A stretch of DNA of 64,000 bases, from the NCBI GenBank assembly GCA_016218255.1, contig JACREN010000044.1, forward strand, positions 2,489 to 66,488, given 5' to 3'. Of the stretch, positions 48,373-59,297 are shown in pieces. Position numbers and translations under genes: made by a program. The number at the start of each line of letters is the position of its first letter. The stretch's first letter is position 1. The stretch comes from Candidatus Gottesmanbacteria bacterium. Lineage in GTDB: Bacteria > Patescibacteriota > Microgenomatia > UBA10105 > UBA927. Below the pieces are notes generated by a model. The model had not been told where the DNA came from, searched no databases, and was given only the letters and a program-made list of their open reading frames with translations.

Positions 48373-49130
48373 TTTTGGCGTACACGATACTTTTGATACG
48401 CTATTGGATAATGCAGTGCCGAGAAAAGCGCGAATAAAAACCCATATATGCCATCGAGAAATCCTTTATGTCGTAAAAAAATAGAGAGAAACGTCTTTAC
48501 CGGCATAACTATTTCATATTGGATATAGGAAGCGATATTTTTTTTCTCGGCCACTCGAGCCAACTCATCAGCAGTCAACGACGTATATGCGTCAGCTTTT
48601 CTCCAGTAGTCTTTCATAGTTCGATAAGAATAATGCTCTAACGGTTCTTTCAGATATCCGACAGGACCTTCCACCACTATTTGTTCGTGGATATTTTTAG
48701 CGGGAAACCAACCCTTACCGCGCTTAAACAGACGCATCACATAATCAGGATATTGTCCGCCCTTATGAAGCCAATGTCCAAGAAAATAATTCCTTCGGGA
48801 AATATAATATCCGTTTTCTTTTGGATTACCGTCGATCATTTTAATGATCTCATTACGTAATTCATGCGTCACCACTTCATCGGCATCCAGCTGCAAAATC
48901 CAAATTCCGCTGCATGCATCCAATGCCTTCTGTTTATTTATGTGAAAAATCGGCGGGTTGGTCGTTTCAATGATTTTCGCCCCGAACGTCTTGGCTATGA
49001 GAACCGTATTGTCTCTCGACCCTCCATCAACAAGCACAATTTCATCCGCCCATCCGGACACCGACGCCAGAGAGCGCCCGATATGCGCTTCTTCATTAAA
49101 TGTTGCAATTGCAACAGAAAGTTTTTTCAT
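48369..49130 (-). CDS. Family-2 glycosyltransferase (small soluble GT-A)
   Basis: 253 aa with 'LSVAIATFNEEAHI', 'VLVDGGSRDNT' and 'LQLDADEVV'. Confidence 0.8.
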   Translation of the reverse strand: MKKLSVAIATFNEEAHIGRSLASVSGWADEIVLVDGGSRDNTVLIAKTFGAKIIETTNPPIFHINKQKALDACSGIWILQLDADEVVTHELRNEIIKMIDGNPKENGYYISRRNYFLGHWLHKGGQYPDYVMRLFKRGKGWFPAKNIHEQIVVEGPVGYLKEPLEHYSYRTMKDYWRKADAYTSLTADELARVAEKKNIASYIQYEIVMPVKTFLSIFLRHKGFLDGIYGFLFALFSALHYPIAYQKYRVRQK

Positions 49131-50722
49131 AATATGAGTAATATCGCTCCGACCACGCTTATGGCATTCGCCGCCTTTCGTAATTTCGTTTCTTGAAAAC
49201 GAACTTCGACCTGATGTTCCCCTGCCGGAACTTCAAACGTCATAAGCCCTCGCCATTCCGGATTCTGAAATTCTACAAAAACCGGCTTTCCGTCAACTGC
49301 CACTTCCCAACCCGGAAAATATAATGTATTTTCGACCAACTTCGCCTTCTGTGATGCAATCACACGATACCTATGGCGTGTCGTTGATCGGGATAATTCG
49401 GTTACGGTCACAAGCCCCTCGACAGCTTCGAGAGCCGCTTTGGACCGAGCCTCCATAAATCTTACAGACCAAATGGGGCTGCTTTCCCCTGTGTCAGTGG
49501 TCCCCTCATAGACACTAGTATAATAACTTTCCGGCTTTATACTATACGCTTGGGCGTGCCACATGGGAAACGTGAAGGCAAAACTCGCGAGTAGTACGAT
49601 ACCGCAAAACATTATTCTTGATGTTTTCCTTACCGATGACACGACCACTCCTCCCAAAGCAGATACAAAAAATACCGTAAGGGTTAATAATCTCCAAGGA
49701 AACTGAAACTTCTGCAAAATAGTAACCTGCTGCCAAATGCCGGACGACCAACCAATCATAAGAAATATTGACAATGCCAGCGATATGAATAAGGGTCCAA
49801 TCATCCACCGTATCACGTTCTTTTTCGATCTGAAAAAGGTCACGGCACTCGCCATAATCACAAACCACTGAGCCATACCCAATTCCTTAGGCAATTCATT
49901 CCCTCCGCCATAATTCCAAGGCGTAAAGAAAAATTTTTGTATTGGCACAAACCGGTCCGAAAAATCACCCCTGGTTACAATATCCCGCAGTGTGTATTTT
50001 CCTTCAAAAAATGCCGGAACCCAAAAAAACGATGCCAGCATAAATCCGATCGCAATAGACCAGACCCCAAAAACGATAAACCAACGGCGTTGGGTGGTCT
50101 CAAAAAAGTTCAAATATACCCCATAGAGAAATATCACAGGAAAAAACATTAAACTTATGGCGTTATGCGAGAGAAGAAGCCCGGCAGTAGAAGCCGCGAC
50201 CACCATACCCCACCGACGATTGCCAGAACGCGCCAGCTTTAAAAGTCCCCAGAGCACGAGCGGAAGAAAGACAAACGCAACATGTTCCCCTATGGCTCCG
50301 CGCACGTACAAATCCACAAAACGATACGGAGCAAAGCCATACAGCACTGACGCGGCTAGTCCAGCAATGCTGCCCCATTGAGACCCTGCCCATACGAACA
50401 TTGCGATCATGCTTATTATATACGCCGCTGCAAACACCAGTTTGGTCGCATCAACGAATGAAAACCCTACAAAATGAAAAAACGACGCGACATATGATGG
50501 CAACGGATATAAAAACATGAGAATCGGATGTCCGTATCCCCAATTAAGATTTCCTGCCCAGCGAGGAACAATATGCCCTTCGGAAAGAGACTGATAAAAA
50601 TTCGCTATACGCGTTACATGGTCCTGTCCGTCATGCGTAACAGGTAAACCGGTATGCAATAAATCCCAAAGAGGGAGTAGTGAAAATACTATGATAACGA
50701 ATAGCCACCAACGTGTTTTCAT
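49127..50722 (-). CDS. Polytopic membrane protein of the 'HDG' family, paralog
   Basis: 531 aa with 'PVTHDGQDHVTRIANF...RWAGNLNWGYGHPILMFLYPLPSYV'. Confidence 0.5.
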   Translation of the reverse strand: MKTRWWLFVIIVFSLLPLWDLLHTGLPVTHDGQDHVTRIANFYQSLSEGHIVPRWAGNLNWGYGHPILMFLYPLPSYVASFFHFVGFSFVDATKLVFAAAYIISMIAMFVWAGSQWGSIAGLAASVLYGFAPYRFVDLYVRGAIGEHVAFVFLPLVLWGLLKLARSGNRRWGMVVAASTAGLLLSHNAISLMFFPVIFLYGVYLNFFETTQRRWFIVFGVWSIAIGFMLASFFWVPAFFEGKYTLRDIVTRGDFSDRFVPIQKFFFTPWNYGGGNELPKELGMAQWFVIMASAVTFFRSKKNVIRWMIGPLFISLALSIFLMIGWSSGIWQQVTILQKFQFPWRLLTLTVFFVSALGGVVVSSVRKTSRIMFCGIVLLASFAFTFPMWHAQAYSIKPESYYTSVYEGTTDTGESSPIWSVRFMEARSKAALEAVEGLVTVTELSRSTTRHRYRVIASQKAKLVENTLYFPGWEVAVDGKPVFVEFQNPEWRGLMTFEVPAGEHQVEVRFQETKLRKAANAISVVGAILLIL

Positions 50723-52245
50723 GGTTCTACGGAAACTGCCGATAATGCAGGCGTACCGTCAAGCAAATAAAACCTTGCTGCAGTAACGGCGTTATCAGGA
50801 AAATCCTTCACATTCCCAATGTATAGCGTCCGCGACGCAGGCTTTTCCTGTTTCCATATGATCGGCCGGAAATCATATTTACCAATACTATGCGTTTCCG
50901 CATACCCACCACTCTTCGTTCCTCCTAGGCGCTGATACATGCCCGGATCAAATCGCGTGTAATACAAATACATCATATAGGACTGGTATGTCTGGTCGGC
51001 ATTGGAAAATACAATTTTTCCGTATTGATCTTCCCTAGCCACTGCATACGGAATAGCTTTCGATAAGGCATATAAAAAAGACCGCGACTGTTCTTTAGGA
51101 AAAACAACGTAGTAATTTCGGTAGAAAGATTGCAAACTCACAGCAATCAAGAATATAAAAACTACTAGACTCAGTGTGTTGATTCTCCTGAGAGCTGCAT
51201 ACACAGAGAGCAAACCAAATGCAGTAAAGATTTGCCATGTGGGCAAAAACGCGTATGAACGCATGGCATGAGGCGTTTGCGTAGCAACAGATGCGGGTAG
51301 CGGCCCAAGAACAAACCATAAAAATACAAGTTGTTTTCCGCGCGTATTAATATCGCGGTGGAAAAGAAACGCAATAATTCCGATCAGAATAAATGGAAGT
51401 TCCCAAACATATAAAAACCCCATATTCGGTACCTTAAATGATTCTCTACCCGAGTTAGTAAAAAGCCATTTTATCTTGAAGTGGGATACATAATTTTCAA
51501 CAAATATTTTACCGTTCGTTATCTTTTTTTGAGTCAAATCAAATGCACTTGTCCCCTGAAACCGTACCAGAGCCGAGGGCGAAAAAATGGACCAAAAAAT
51601 AAAAATAAGAAATGGGGTAAAAACGAGAAGCGGGACAACAAATTTCTTATATGATGCTCTATATATAGCGAGGAGTCCGAGTCCAAACAACGGCACAAAA
51701 ATTTGGCCGGCATAATAACTTATGATTGAAAGAGCAAAAAAAAGCAGAGCGGTAAGCAGCCGATCTTTCAAAAAAAACATCACTCCGAGAACAAGGAACG
51801 AAAGATACGCGTTGGATTCATGACCCAATCGGGAAATATAAATATGCCAGGGACTAATTGTCAAAAGAAACGAAACGAGTAGTCCGACGTTTTGTGCATT
51901 TGCTGTTTGTTTTGAAAAAAGATGATATACGATTTGATATGTTGCCCATACTGTAATGATCGACAAAATAACCGCAGGCAGCCTCACTGCCGTTACCTGA
52001 AGATTAAAAATCGTAACGAACGGCACAACAAGCAGTAAGTACGTTGATCTGCGCCAGTCATCGTACGCGCGCTGTGATATGAGGGGAAATACCCCGTACT
52101 CATCTACGCCGATTTTCGAAACGGAATAGGCGTTGTATCCTATGGACGCTTCGTCCATGGAAGCGCTCGGTGGCACGTTTCCCAAATTCCATAATCTCAA
52201 AAAGGCAGCCAAAGTCACTATCGCAATCAATAATAATTTTTTCAT
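50719..52245 (-). CDS. ArnT/PMT-family (GT39/GT83) GT-C glycosyltransferase
   Basis: 'PPSASMDEASIGYNAYS' and 'VRLPAVILSIITVWATY'. The ORF track extends to 52353. The ATG at 52245 ('MKKLLLIAIV') gives an ATGA overlap with the SDR gene ending at 52242. Confidence 0.65.
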   Translation of the reverse strand: MKKLLLIAIVTLAAFLRLWNLGNVPPSASMDEASIGYNAYSVSKIGVDEYGVFPLISQRAYDDWRRSTYLLLVVPFVTIFNLQVTAVRLPAVILSIITVWATYQIVYHLFSKQTANAQNVGLLVSFLLTISPWHIYISRLGHESNAYLSFLVLGVMFFLKDRLLTALLFFALSIISYYAGQIFVPLFGLGLLAIYRASYKKFVVPLLVFTPFLIFIFWSIFSPSALVRFQGTSAFDLTQKKITNGKIFVENYVSHFKIKWLFTNSGRESFKVPNMGFLYVWELPFILIGIIAFLFHRDINTRGKQLVFLWFVLGPLPASVATQTPHAMRSYAFLPTWQIFTAFGLLSVYAALRRINTLSLVVFIFLIAVSLQSFYRNYYVVFPKEQSRSFLYALSKAIPYAVAREDQYGKIVFSNADQTYQSYMMYLYYTRFDPGMYQRLGGTKSGGYAETHSIGKYDFRPIIWKQEKPASRTLYIGNVKDFPDNAVTAARFYLLDGTPALSAVSVEP

Positions 52246-53306
52246 GAAAGTTTTTTTAAGAGCGTAAATATCCCCATTTTCGGCAAGCTCCGATTTGCCG
52301 AGATGTTGCTCGATCCGATCTTTGTAAATTCTTTTTTGTGCTGGATATACCATTCGTAATTTTCAACGAATGAATCTATATTCGTTTTTCGAGGCTTCCA
52401 TCTCAACTTTTTTTTGATTTTGGTCGTGTCTGCATACATCGATTGGCCTATCATCGAATACTGATAAACCCCCAAAGGGGAAACATTGAGCCGATCCAGA
52501 ATGGCAAGTGCGACTAACGCAGGAAATTTTGGCAATGAAATGATTTTCGACGAGCTTTTTGCATACGCTATAACGCTCTGATATAACTCTCGAAGCGTCA
52601 TAACGCCGTCCCCACCAATAGTATAGATATCAAAACCAGAAATACTTGCCGCTTTCTCAAGAGCAGTGCACACATCTCCCGCATCGACAAACTGGTACTT
52701 ATTCAATCCGTCACCCAATACATAGACATTGCGATTTTCCGATATAAATTCAAACAGAATAGCCTGAAGCCCCAATCTGCCAATACCTGAAATCACCGGA
52801 CAGCGGAATATCTGTATATTCATACGGTTTTTGTATTTCTCAAGTTCCTCTTCGGCCTGCTTCTTGCTTTTTCCGTATGTTTCCACTGGAAGAGTATGGG
52901 TGTTCTCTGTCACAGGCAAATCTCTGGGCACACCATAAGTCACATTGCTGGAGGTAAATATGAACGATTTTACACCGGTTCTTGCCGATTCAGCAGCCAA
53001 AAATTTTGTCCCTTCAACATTCGTTTTCCATATCATCTCATCGGAATCTGCCTTGTTTGGCATAGCGGATGCTAAATGAAAGACAATTGCAAACGGCCCA
53101 TACCTATCAAAACATGCATGGATATCGCTTTGGGAAAGAATGTTCCCCTTGCAAAAGGATGCAGTCTTGGGGTACTTCTTCGTCCCATCACGATCTAGCT
53201 TGTCGAATATGACAACATCATATCCACCTATACGCGATAAATACTGAACAAGATATGAACCCAAAAAACCCTCTCCGCCGGTGATAAGAACACGTTTATT
53301 ATTCAT
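52242..53306 (-). CDS. NAD-dependent epimerase/dehydratase (extended SDR)
   Basis: 354 aa with 'KRVLITGGEGFLGSYLVQYL' and 'YGKSK' (YxxxK). Confidence 0.75.
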   Translation of the reverse strand: MNNKRVLITGGEGFLGSYLVQYLSRIGGYDVVIFDKLDRDGTKKYPKTASFCKGNILSQSDIHACFDRYGPFAIVFHLASAMPNKADSDEMIWKTNVEGTKFLAAESARTGVKSFIFTSSNVTYGVPRDLPVTENTHTLPVETYGKSKKQAEEELEKYKNRMNIQIFRCPVISGIGRLGLQAILFEFISENRNVYVLGDGLNKYQFVDAGDVCTALEKAASISGFDIYTIGGDGVMTLRELYQSVIAYAKSSSKIISLPKFPALVALAILDRLNVSPLGVYQYSMIGQSMYADTTKIKKKLRWKPRKTNIDSFVENYEWYIQHKKEFTKIGSSNISANRSLPKMGIFTLLKKLS

Positions 53307-53312
53307 GCATGG

Positions 53313-54935
53313 TCAGTCGGCAATTTTTATAGCTTCTTTCCCGTCCAGATAACGAATCGTCATGAGGCCGGGACCCGGAATTTCACCCGGCGTGCCAATG
53401 TACAGCACCGTACCGTCTTTAACGTCCGTGTCCCAATGAATGGGACGGAATTCGTATATATCAAATGTATTTCGCACCTCTGCAAATCCGCCGGACGAAG
53501 TACCTCCTTTAGCCAGATACTTGACCGGATCATACTTCAAAAAATAGAGAAAAAACATATGCGGCTGCTCAAGTTTTGTGGAAACAACAATTTTTTTATA
53601 TCTGTCTTTCTGTATCTTTGTGTACTCGACGGCCTGAGCGTATCCATACTGCCATGATGAAGAATATTCCTCATTCAAGTGGCCGAAATACATATGGAGA
53701 TAATACAGAACATTCACAGCAAAAAGCGCGGTAACAAAAAGACGAAGAATATAATCTTTATATTTAAAATAACGCTTATAAAAATTTATCAGCCCCACTG
53801 CCGTAAATATCTGAAATGTCGGTAAAAATACGAGCGTCCGTATGGCATGAGGCAATTCAGTAGTTGGTGATGCCGCGATCGGTGCGATCAAAAACCATCC
53901 GAATATGATGCGTGCTTGTCTGCCTCTTTGCCGCGCCAATATAAACATGCCCCACAACAGGAACGGCAACTCTGCTAAATACAATAACCCCATATCAGGA
54001 GCATGATGACGCGCGTTATCCCCGGTCAAAAACAGCCATCGCAGTGAGTAATGAGAGAGATATCCACTTGTCAATGTTTTTATCCAGACGATACGCCGGT
54101 TATCGAACATGACTCCCCACGGATTATTCGCTTTCTGATCTTCTTCAAGTTTCCATACGCTTCTTGCCAATAATCCGGTCTGATCTGCCAGAGAACTGGT
54201 CCCGCGCAGCCGCATCAGCGTATTCTGATTCATAAATACCGGCACGAGCGGCGCCACAGTCATCAATCCTACGATTGCCGCTATCACTACGTTTACCCGC
54301 ATCCGAAAAAGTTCCTTTCGGTAATTCAAGACGAGAATCACCAAGAGCAATGGGAGAAATATCCGCTCACTATGATATGCATAAAATCCCAAACCAAACA
54401 AAAATGCAGACACCGATAACCACCGTCTGCTTAAAACGCCTTTCAAAAAAAATACTACGGCCCAAATGTTTATCGTGACACCGATATTTGCTTCAAAAGC
54501 AATACGGGAAAACTGAATGTGCCAGGGTGAAATAGCCAACAACAACATTGCTGTTACCGGAATACCAAATAAAGACTCCTTATTTGCACGTTTTAACAAT
54601 TCTTGTGTTAGGAAATAGGTTCCGATGACCGCAAGTATTCCTGCAATCACCGATGGAAGCCGAACAGCCCATGTATTTAACCCAAACAAGGCAACCGAAG
54701 GGACGGTTAAATACATATATAGTGGTGGCTTATAGTCGTCGAAAGATCGAAGCGTGAGCGGAAACCACGTACCGTACTCATCGCGGCCGGTTTTCAGCAC
54801 CGAATATGCATTGTATCCAAGCGCTGCTTCATCCCAGTCAGGACTTGGTGGCACTTGCCCAAGCTGCCATAATCGCAGCCAAGCAGCAACTAAAACGATG
54901 ATAAAGATACAAAAATAGGAAAATTTCTTGCTCAT
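53313..54935 (-). CDS. ArnT/PMT-family (GT39/GT83) GT-C glycosyltransferase
   Basis: 540 aa with 'PPSPDWDEAALGYNAYSVLKTGRDEYG' and 'AVRLPSVIAGILAVIGTY'. It is a tandem paralog of the flanking genes. Confidence 0.65.
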   Translation of the reverse strand: MSKKFSYFCIFIIVLVAAWLRLWQLGQVPPSPDWDEAALGYNAYSVLKTGRDEYGTWFPLTLRSFDDYKPPLYMYLTVPSVALFGLNTWAVRLPSVIAGILAVIGTYFLTQELLKRANKESLFGIPVTAMLLLAISPWHIQFSRIAFEANIGVTINIWAVVFFLKGVLSRRWLSVSAFLFGLGFYAYHSERIFLPLLLVILVLNYRKELFRMRVNVVIAAIVGLMTVAPLVPVFMNQNTLMRLRGTSSLADQTGLLARSVWKLEEDQKANNPWGVMFDNRRIVWIKTLTSGYLSHYSLRWLFLTGDNARHHAPDMGLLYLAELPFLLWGMFILARQRGRQARIIFGWFLIAPIAASPTTELPHAIRTLVFLPTFQIFTAVGLINFYKRYFKYKDYILRLFVTALFAVNVLYYLHMYFGHLNEEYSSSWQYGYAQAVEYTKIQKDRYKKIVVSTKLEQPHMFFLYFLKYDPVKYLAKGGTSSGGFAEVRNTFDIYEFRPIHWDTDVKDGTVLYIGTPGEIPGPGLMTIRYLDGKEAIKIAD

Positions 54936-56554
54936 AATCCCTGATCAAACAACACAAGCGCTGTTTTTCCGTTTAACAATCGAACCGTGGTGATGACCCG
55001 CGCAGAATCCGGTAAATACTGCGGTTCAAGAACATACAATATCCTTGGTTCCATTTTGTCGATCCCCTGCCGGACAAACCGGTATTTACCCAACCGGTGC
55101 GGGTTATAGAACCCGGCCGCATCGAATGCCCCATCCATTGTTTTTCTGTATTCTCCAGGGTCTAATCGTTCATAAAACGCTATATACATATGAGGCCGAC
55201 CGATATTTTCCGTCATAACGATAGCGTCGTATTGATTTTTAATAGGTTCGATTGCACGAATTGCTTCACGATACCCGTACTGCCATTCACCTGAATACTC
55301 CACTACATAATGAGTAAAATAGTTATGCCAATAATACGAAAAGCTAGCAGAATACAGAAACGCTATTGCGCCCAATAAAATAAATTTTTTCTTGGCCAGT
55401 ATAGGATACCGAATAGCGGATAGCAATCCACACGCGATAAATATCTGCCAAACTGGCAGGCTGTTTTCAATGCGGAGTGCATGTGGCGTTTCACGAGCCG
55501 TTGCCGCAGGAATTATTGCGCCTATCAGCCAAGCAGCCAGAAACCATGCCGTGCGTCGGTCTCGCACAAAAAGCCAATATATCCCTGCAATCAATAACGG
55601 CAACTCAATAATATGCAACTGTCCCACATCCTGGATAGAAAATTTCGGGTTCCCGTCGCCACGAATAAACAGAAAACTCGGTTCAAAGTGATCCAGCAGA
55701 TGGAGTAAATAGCTTTTTGTATAGCCGATGCGACGATTATGAAATATTTTAGACCACCAACTGTTTCCATCTGTCTCAATCCGGTGATTTGCAGTCTGCA
55801 CGACGGAAAAGTCAGTAAAAATATTTACCTCTGCAAACCGCAGCCGCGCCTGTGGCGAAATTAGGTATGGCACGATAGGAAACAAAAATACAAAAGCAAC
55901 GATTACTCCAGCAACGAATTGTTTTGTGTGGCGACGCACCTCTTTCCAACAGTAAATAATGAGTAGCACCCCTAAAATAGGTGCAAAGTATCGAGCGCTA
56001 TTAAATGTGTAAATACTCGCAACAAACGGCAACCACGCGACAATAAATAAATGGTTCCTTTCTCGAGCTTTTAATACACACCAAATTCCTAAAACAACAA
56101 AAAATAACGCGGTGTTTGCTTCGAATCCCGCTCGAGACAACTGCATATGCCACGGAGAAATAGCAAGTAAAAATGAAGCAAGAAGTGATAAACGGATCAA
56201 GTGAGGTGATTTGTTAAACAATTCTCTAACAAGGAAATAAGTCAGTAAAACGGTCAAAGTTCCGGCAACAACTGATGGCAAACGTACTGCGAGTTCACTA
56301 AGCCCAAATAATGCAACAAACGGAACAGTAAGATATACTGGCAAGACCGGTTTGTAATCTCCATACGCGACAAATGCATCCAGCGGGAAAAGACGCCCAA
56401 ATTCATCTCTACCGGTCTTCAAAATGCTATATGCGTTGTATCCTATGGAAACTTCATCCCAAGATAAAGACGGAGGTATTTGTGCTACCTTATAAAACCT
56501 GAGGAAAAATGCCAGAACCACTGTCAGTGCCAAGACCGCATAGGTTTTTTTCAT
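54932..56554 (-). CDS. ArnT/PMT-family (GT39/GT83) GT-C glycosyltransferase
   Basis: 540 aa with 'PPSLSWDEVSIGYNAYSILKTGRDEFG' and 'AVRLPSVVAGTLTVLLTY'. Confidence 0.65.
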   Translation of the reverse strand: MKKTYAVLALTVVLAFFLRFYKVAQIPPSLSWDEVSIGYNAYSILKTGRDEFGRLFPLDAFVAYGDYKPVLPVYLTVPFVALFGLSELAVRLPSVVAGTLTVLLTYFLVRELFNKSPHLIRLSLLASFLLAISPWHMQLSRAGFEANTALFFVVLGIWCVLKARERNHLFIVAWLPFVASIYTFNSARYFAPILGVLLIIYCWKEVRRHTKQFVAGVIVAFVFLFPIVPYLISPQARLRFAEVNIFTDFSVVQTANHRIETDGNSWWSKIFHNRRIGYTKSYLLHLLDHFEPSFLFIRGDGNPKFSIQDVGQLHIIELPLLIAGIYWLFVRDRRTAWFLAAWLIGAIIPAATARETPHALRIENSLPVWQIFIACGLLSAIRYPILAKKKFILLGAIAFLYSASFSYYWHNYFTHYVVEYSGEWQYGYREAIRAIEPIKNQYDAIVMTENIGRPHMYIAFYERLDPGEYRKTMDGAFDAAGFYNPHRLGKYRFVRQGIDKMEPRILYVLEPQYLPDSARVITTVRLLNGKTALVLFDQGL

Positions 56555-57813
56555 GTTTCCTTTTCATCGAGATCTTTTAATATTCCCAAAGCGAATATGC
56601 TGGAAAGATATCCTACGTGACTGTTATTGAAATACCTGCTCGCCCACCACCAGACAAATAAAAACGCACCATATCCGATTAACAATCGGGACATTGTCCC
56701 TCGCTTCCAAAGTGCTCCTAGGCTAACGCCAAGTACCGGTATTGCCAGCACAATCTGCCAAACAAAAAAAGGATAGTATGCATGTATATCCCGGACAACA
56801 CCGGCCTCTCGAAGCACCATGCCCAACCCATACCCGGAGACAGGATAGGAAAATGCCGAACCTCCGCTTAAATATAAAATCGTACTTTCAACGAAAGCAC
56901 GATAATCCCACAAAAGAAACGGGCCAGCCAACACAAAAAGAACACCCGTTGCCGGTACTGCGATCTTGACAAAAAACGGCGTAATTTTCTTTAGCGATAT
57001 CCACGCATATATGCCATAAAAAGGAAGTGCCAGCCACACCGTCTGTTTTGACAGGATAGCCAAACTGAATAACAACGAAGACCAGACATACCGTTTCTTT
57101 TCTAGCGAATAGAGCGAACACATGAGCCAGAAAAGGGCAAATATATCGCTCCTGCCTTCAATAAGATAATCAACAGTTGCCGGCGACAACGCAGTTAAAG
57201 CAACGGCAATGAACGCGATTGACTTATTCCTGAACCAAAAAAGCAAAAGTGCTAAAACACCAAACGCGCTGAAAAGAAGCTGCATCCGTCCGTCAAAAAA
57301 TCCAAATAGGGGTATGGCTACCGCATAAAACGGCAATGCAGACAACAAATACCACGGCGGCATGACAAAATGGTAAAGTGCCGGGTTTACGGCTTCTTTA
57401 CCTTCTTCTGCATAATGCCAGCTTTCCAAAGGTGTTCCAAAATATGTTTCCTTATACGGATTTTTGCCCGAAATGAGATACCGCATTGCTGCTTCCTGCT
57501 GGAGGATAATATCGTGCACCCCGTATACCGGAGCAGTTTTGCTCCGGTCCACCATAGCCGTCACCATCGTACCGCCCAATACGATCATAACCGTCACAAT
57601 AAGCAAGACCAGTTTTATCTTTAGTACCCGTATTTCTTTTCCGATAAACCCGGGATACATAGAAATGAGAACATTTATAAGAAGCACGAAAAATAATATG
57701 CCGAATAACCAATATGGTGTACCCGTAACCGGAAAAATTCTATACCGCATCACCACCGGCACCGAGAGAGAGAAAAGAAGCAGCGCGTCCAATGCCAGAA
57801 GATTCATATGCAC
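56551..57813 (-). CDS. Polytopic membrane protein, GT87/DUF2029-like GT-C candidate
   Basis: 420 aa with 'VHDIILQQEAAMRYLISGKNPY' and 'LAILSKQTVWLALPFY'. Confidence 0.45.
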   Translation of the reverse strand: MHMNLLALDALLLFSLSVPVVMRYRIFPVTGTPYWLFGILFFVLLINVLISMYPGFIGKEIRVLKIKLVLLIVTVMIVLGGTMVTAMVDRSKTAPVYGVHDIILQQEAAMRYLISGKNPYKETYFGTPLESWHYAEEGKEAVNPALYHFVMPPWYLLSALPFYAVAIPLFGFFDGRMQLLFSAFGVLALLLFWFRNKSIAFIAVALTALSPATVDYLIEGRSDIFALFWLMCSLYSLEKKRYVWSSLLFSLAILSKQTVWLALPFYGIYAWISLKKITPFFVKIAVPATGVLFVLAGPFLLWDYRAFVESTILYLSGGSAFSYPVSGYGLGMVLREAGVVRDIHAYYPFFVWQIVLAIPVLGVSLGALWKRGTMSRLLIGYGAFLFVWWWASRYFNNSHVGYLSSIFALGILKDLDEKET

Positions 57814-59297
57814 TATCGATTGTACACGTAGATGCGAGCATTTTCCACGTCTGACGTTTTATCTAATTGCCAACCGGTTAGATCCAATACCGGATGTTCA
57901 CCGCCGCAAAATCGTTTGAAGCAAACAATGTCAAGTCTCGTTTTCTCCTTCATATCCGACTCACCTGGACATATTTCTGATTCGCAGACCAAAAATAATC
58001 GCCGGTAATTCGGGTCGCTCATTATCACGGGCTCATTGTGCCGCCATAGGAAGAAATACCGGTAGTGCAAATCAGAAAATGATCGGGATGCAAACAACGC
58101 AAATGAATACGGTGTAGCACCGGACTCATCTCGTATAACGTCAACGACATGGCCAATGCGGGATATATCCCGGGGTCCAGCAGTAAATACATCTGTCTGG
58201 TGGATACTCCAAACAAACAATACTATCGAGATGATAATCAAACCTTTTTTAGGGATAGCCGATTCAAGCGCTTGAAGTACACCACCCATAAATACAAACG
58301 GCAAGGGAAGCATAAAATGCAGATAATGGTCAAATACCGTCCCCTTATATAGGGATATAGCGGCGATGCCGCCGACATACCATACTCCCCAAAAAAATGA
58401 CCAAAACGATCGCTTCCAAAACAGAGCAACGACGGCAAACAATTGAATTGCTATCAGCATATTACGGCTGACGCCAGGAATCATCGTTCCAAATAATCGA
58501 CTCGAGTAATCAATCATCTGTTCCCACATCGGAGCTACAGTAGCCGCCCCGTTTCCACCAGAAGTCAGCATGGTAAAAGCGATTTCCCTCACATCCGCCC
58601 ATGCATGGCTCATTTCATAGACAAAAAACGGCGTAAGCACGCCGAAAAAGCCAATCACACCTCCCACTGCTCCCAGAGCAAGCGGCCAAATACGGCAGCG
58701 CTTGTTTAATGCCATGGCAAGAATCAAAATCAAACTTAACCCGACAAAGATGACATTGGGGTAATGAAGCTGTACTAGAATTCCTACGACTATTCCCAAA
58801 GGCAACAACGAAAACGGAAACTGTTTCTCGTAGGCACGGTAAGCCAGATAAAGGAAAAAAATTACAAAGAGAGGCACTATGGTGGGTTCCCAAAGCGTCC
58901 GGTCAGCTCGAACGATAGACGGAGAAACTGCATACAGCCCGGCTACTGCAATTCCTATCCAGGATCCATACAGTATGGATGCAAACCGGTACAATAATAA
59001 AACAGCTAGAATCCCAAGCATCGCCATAAAAATGCTTGGAATGATGGGATGAAAACCCCCGAAGACAAACGGCAGCCCGATAATATAGTAAAAGGCCGGA
59101 CCCAAAAATTGTCCCGTAAGGACTGGTGGTCCAACTAAGGGCAATTGCCGGACTTTCCAAGCTTCATAAATGATCATTCCCGTCCGGCCTTGATCACCCA
59201 GGAACTCCGTTAAGTCGTTTATACGCCACAGGCGAAAAAACCCCGCAAAGACAAGAAGCACCAATATAAAAACCTTGGTATAATGAACCTTGCTCAT
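57813..59297 (-). CDS. Polytopic membrane protein, PMT_2-like GT-C candidate
   Basis: 494 aa with 'FLGDQGRTGMIIYEAWKVRQLPLVGPPVLTG'. The ATG at 59297 shares a CATG palindrome with the divergent gene start. Confidence 0.4.
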   Translation of the reverse strand: MSKVHYTKVFILVLLVFAGFFRLWRINDLTEFLGDQGRTGMIIYEAWKVRQLPLVGPPVLTGQFLGPAFYYIIGLPFVFGGFHPIIPSIFMAMLGILAVLLLYRFASILYGSWIGIAVAGLYAVSPSIVRADRTLWEPTIVPLFVIFFLYLAYRAYEKQFPFSLLPLGIVVGILVQLHYPNVIFVGLSLILILAMALNKRCRIWPLALGAVGGVIGFFGVLTPFFVYEMSHAWADVREIAFTMLTSGGNGAATVAPMWEQMIDYSSRLFGTMIPGVSRNMLIAIQLFAVVALFWKRSFWSFFWGVWYVGGIAAISLYKGTVFDHYLHFMLPLPFVFMGGVLQALESAIPKKGLIIISIVLFVWSIHQTDVFTAGPRDISRIGHVVDVIRDESGATPYSFALFASRSFSDLHYRYFFLWRHNEPVIMSDPNYRRLFLVCESEICPGESDMKEKTRLDIVCFKRFCGGEHPVLDLTGWQLDKTSDVENARIYVYNR

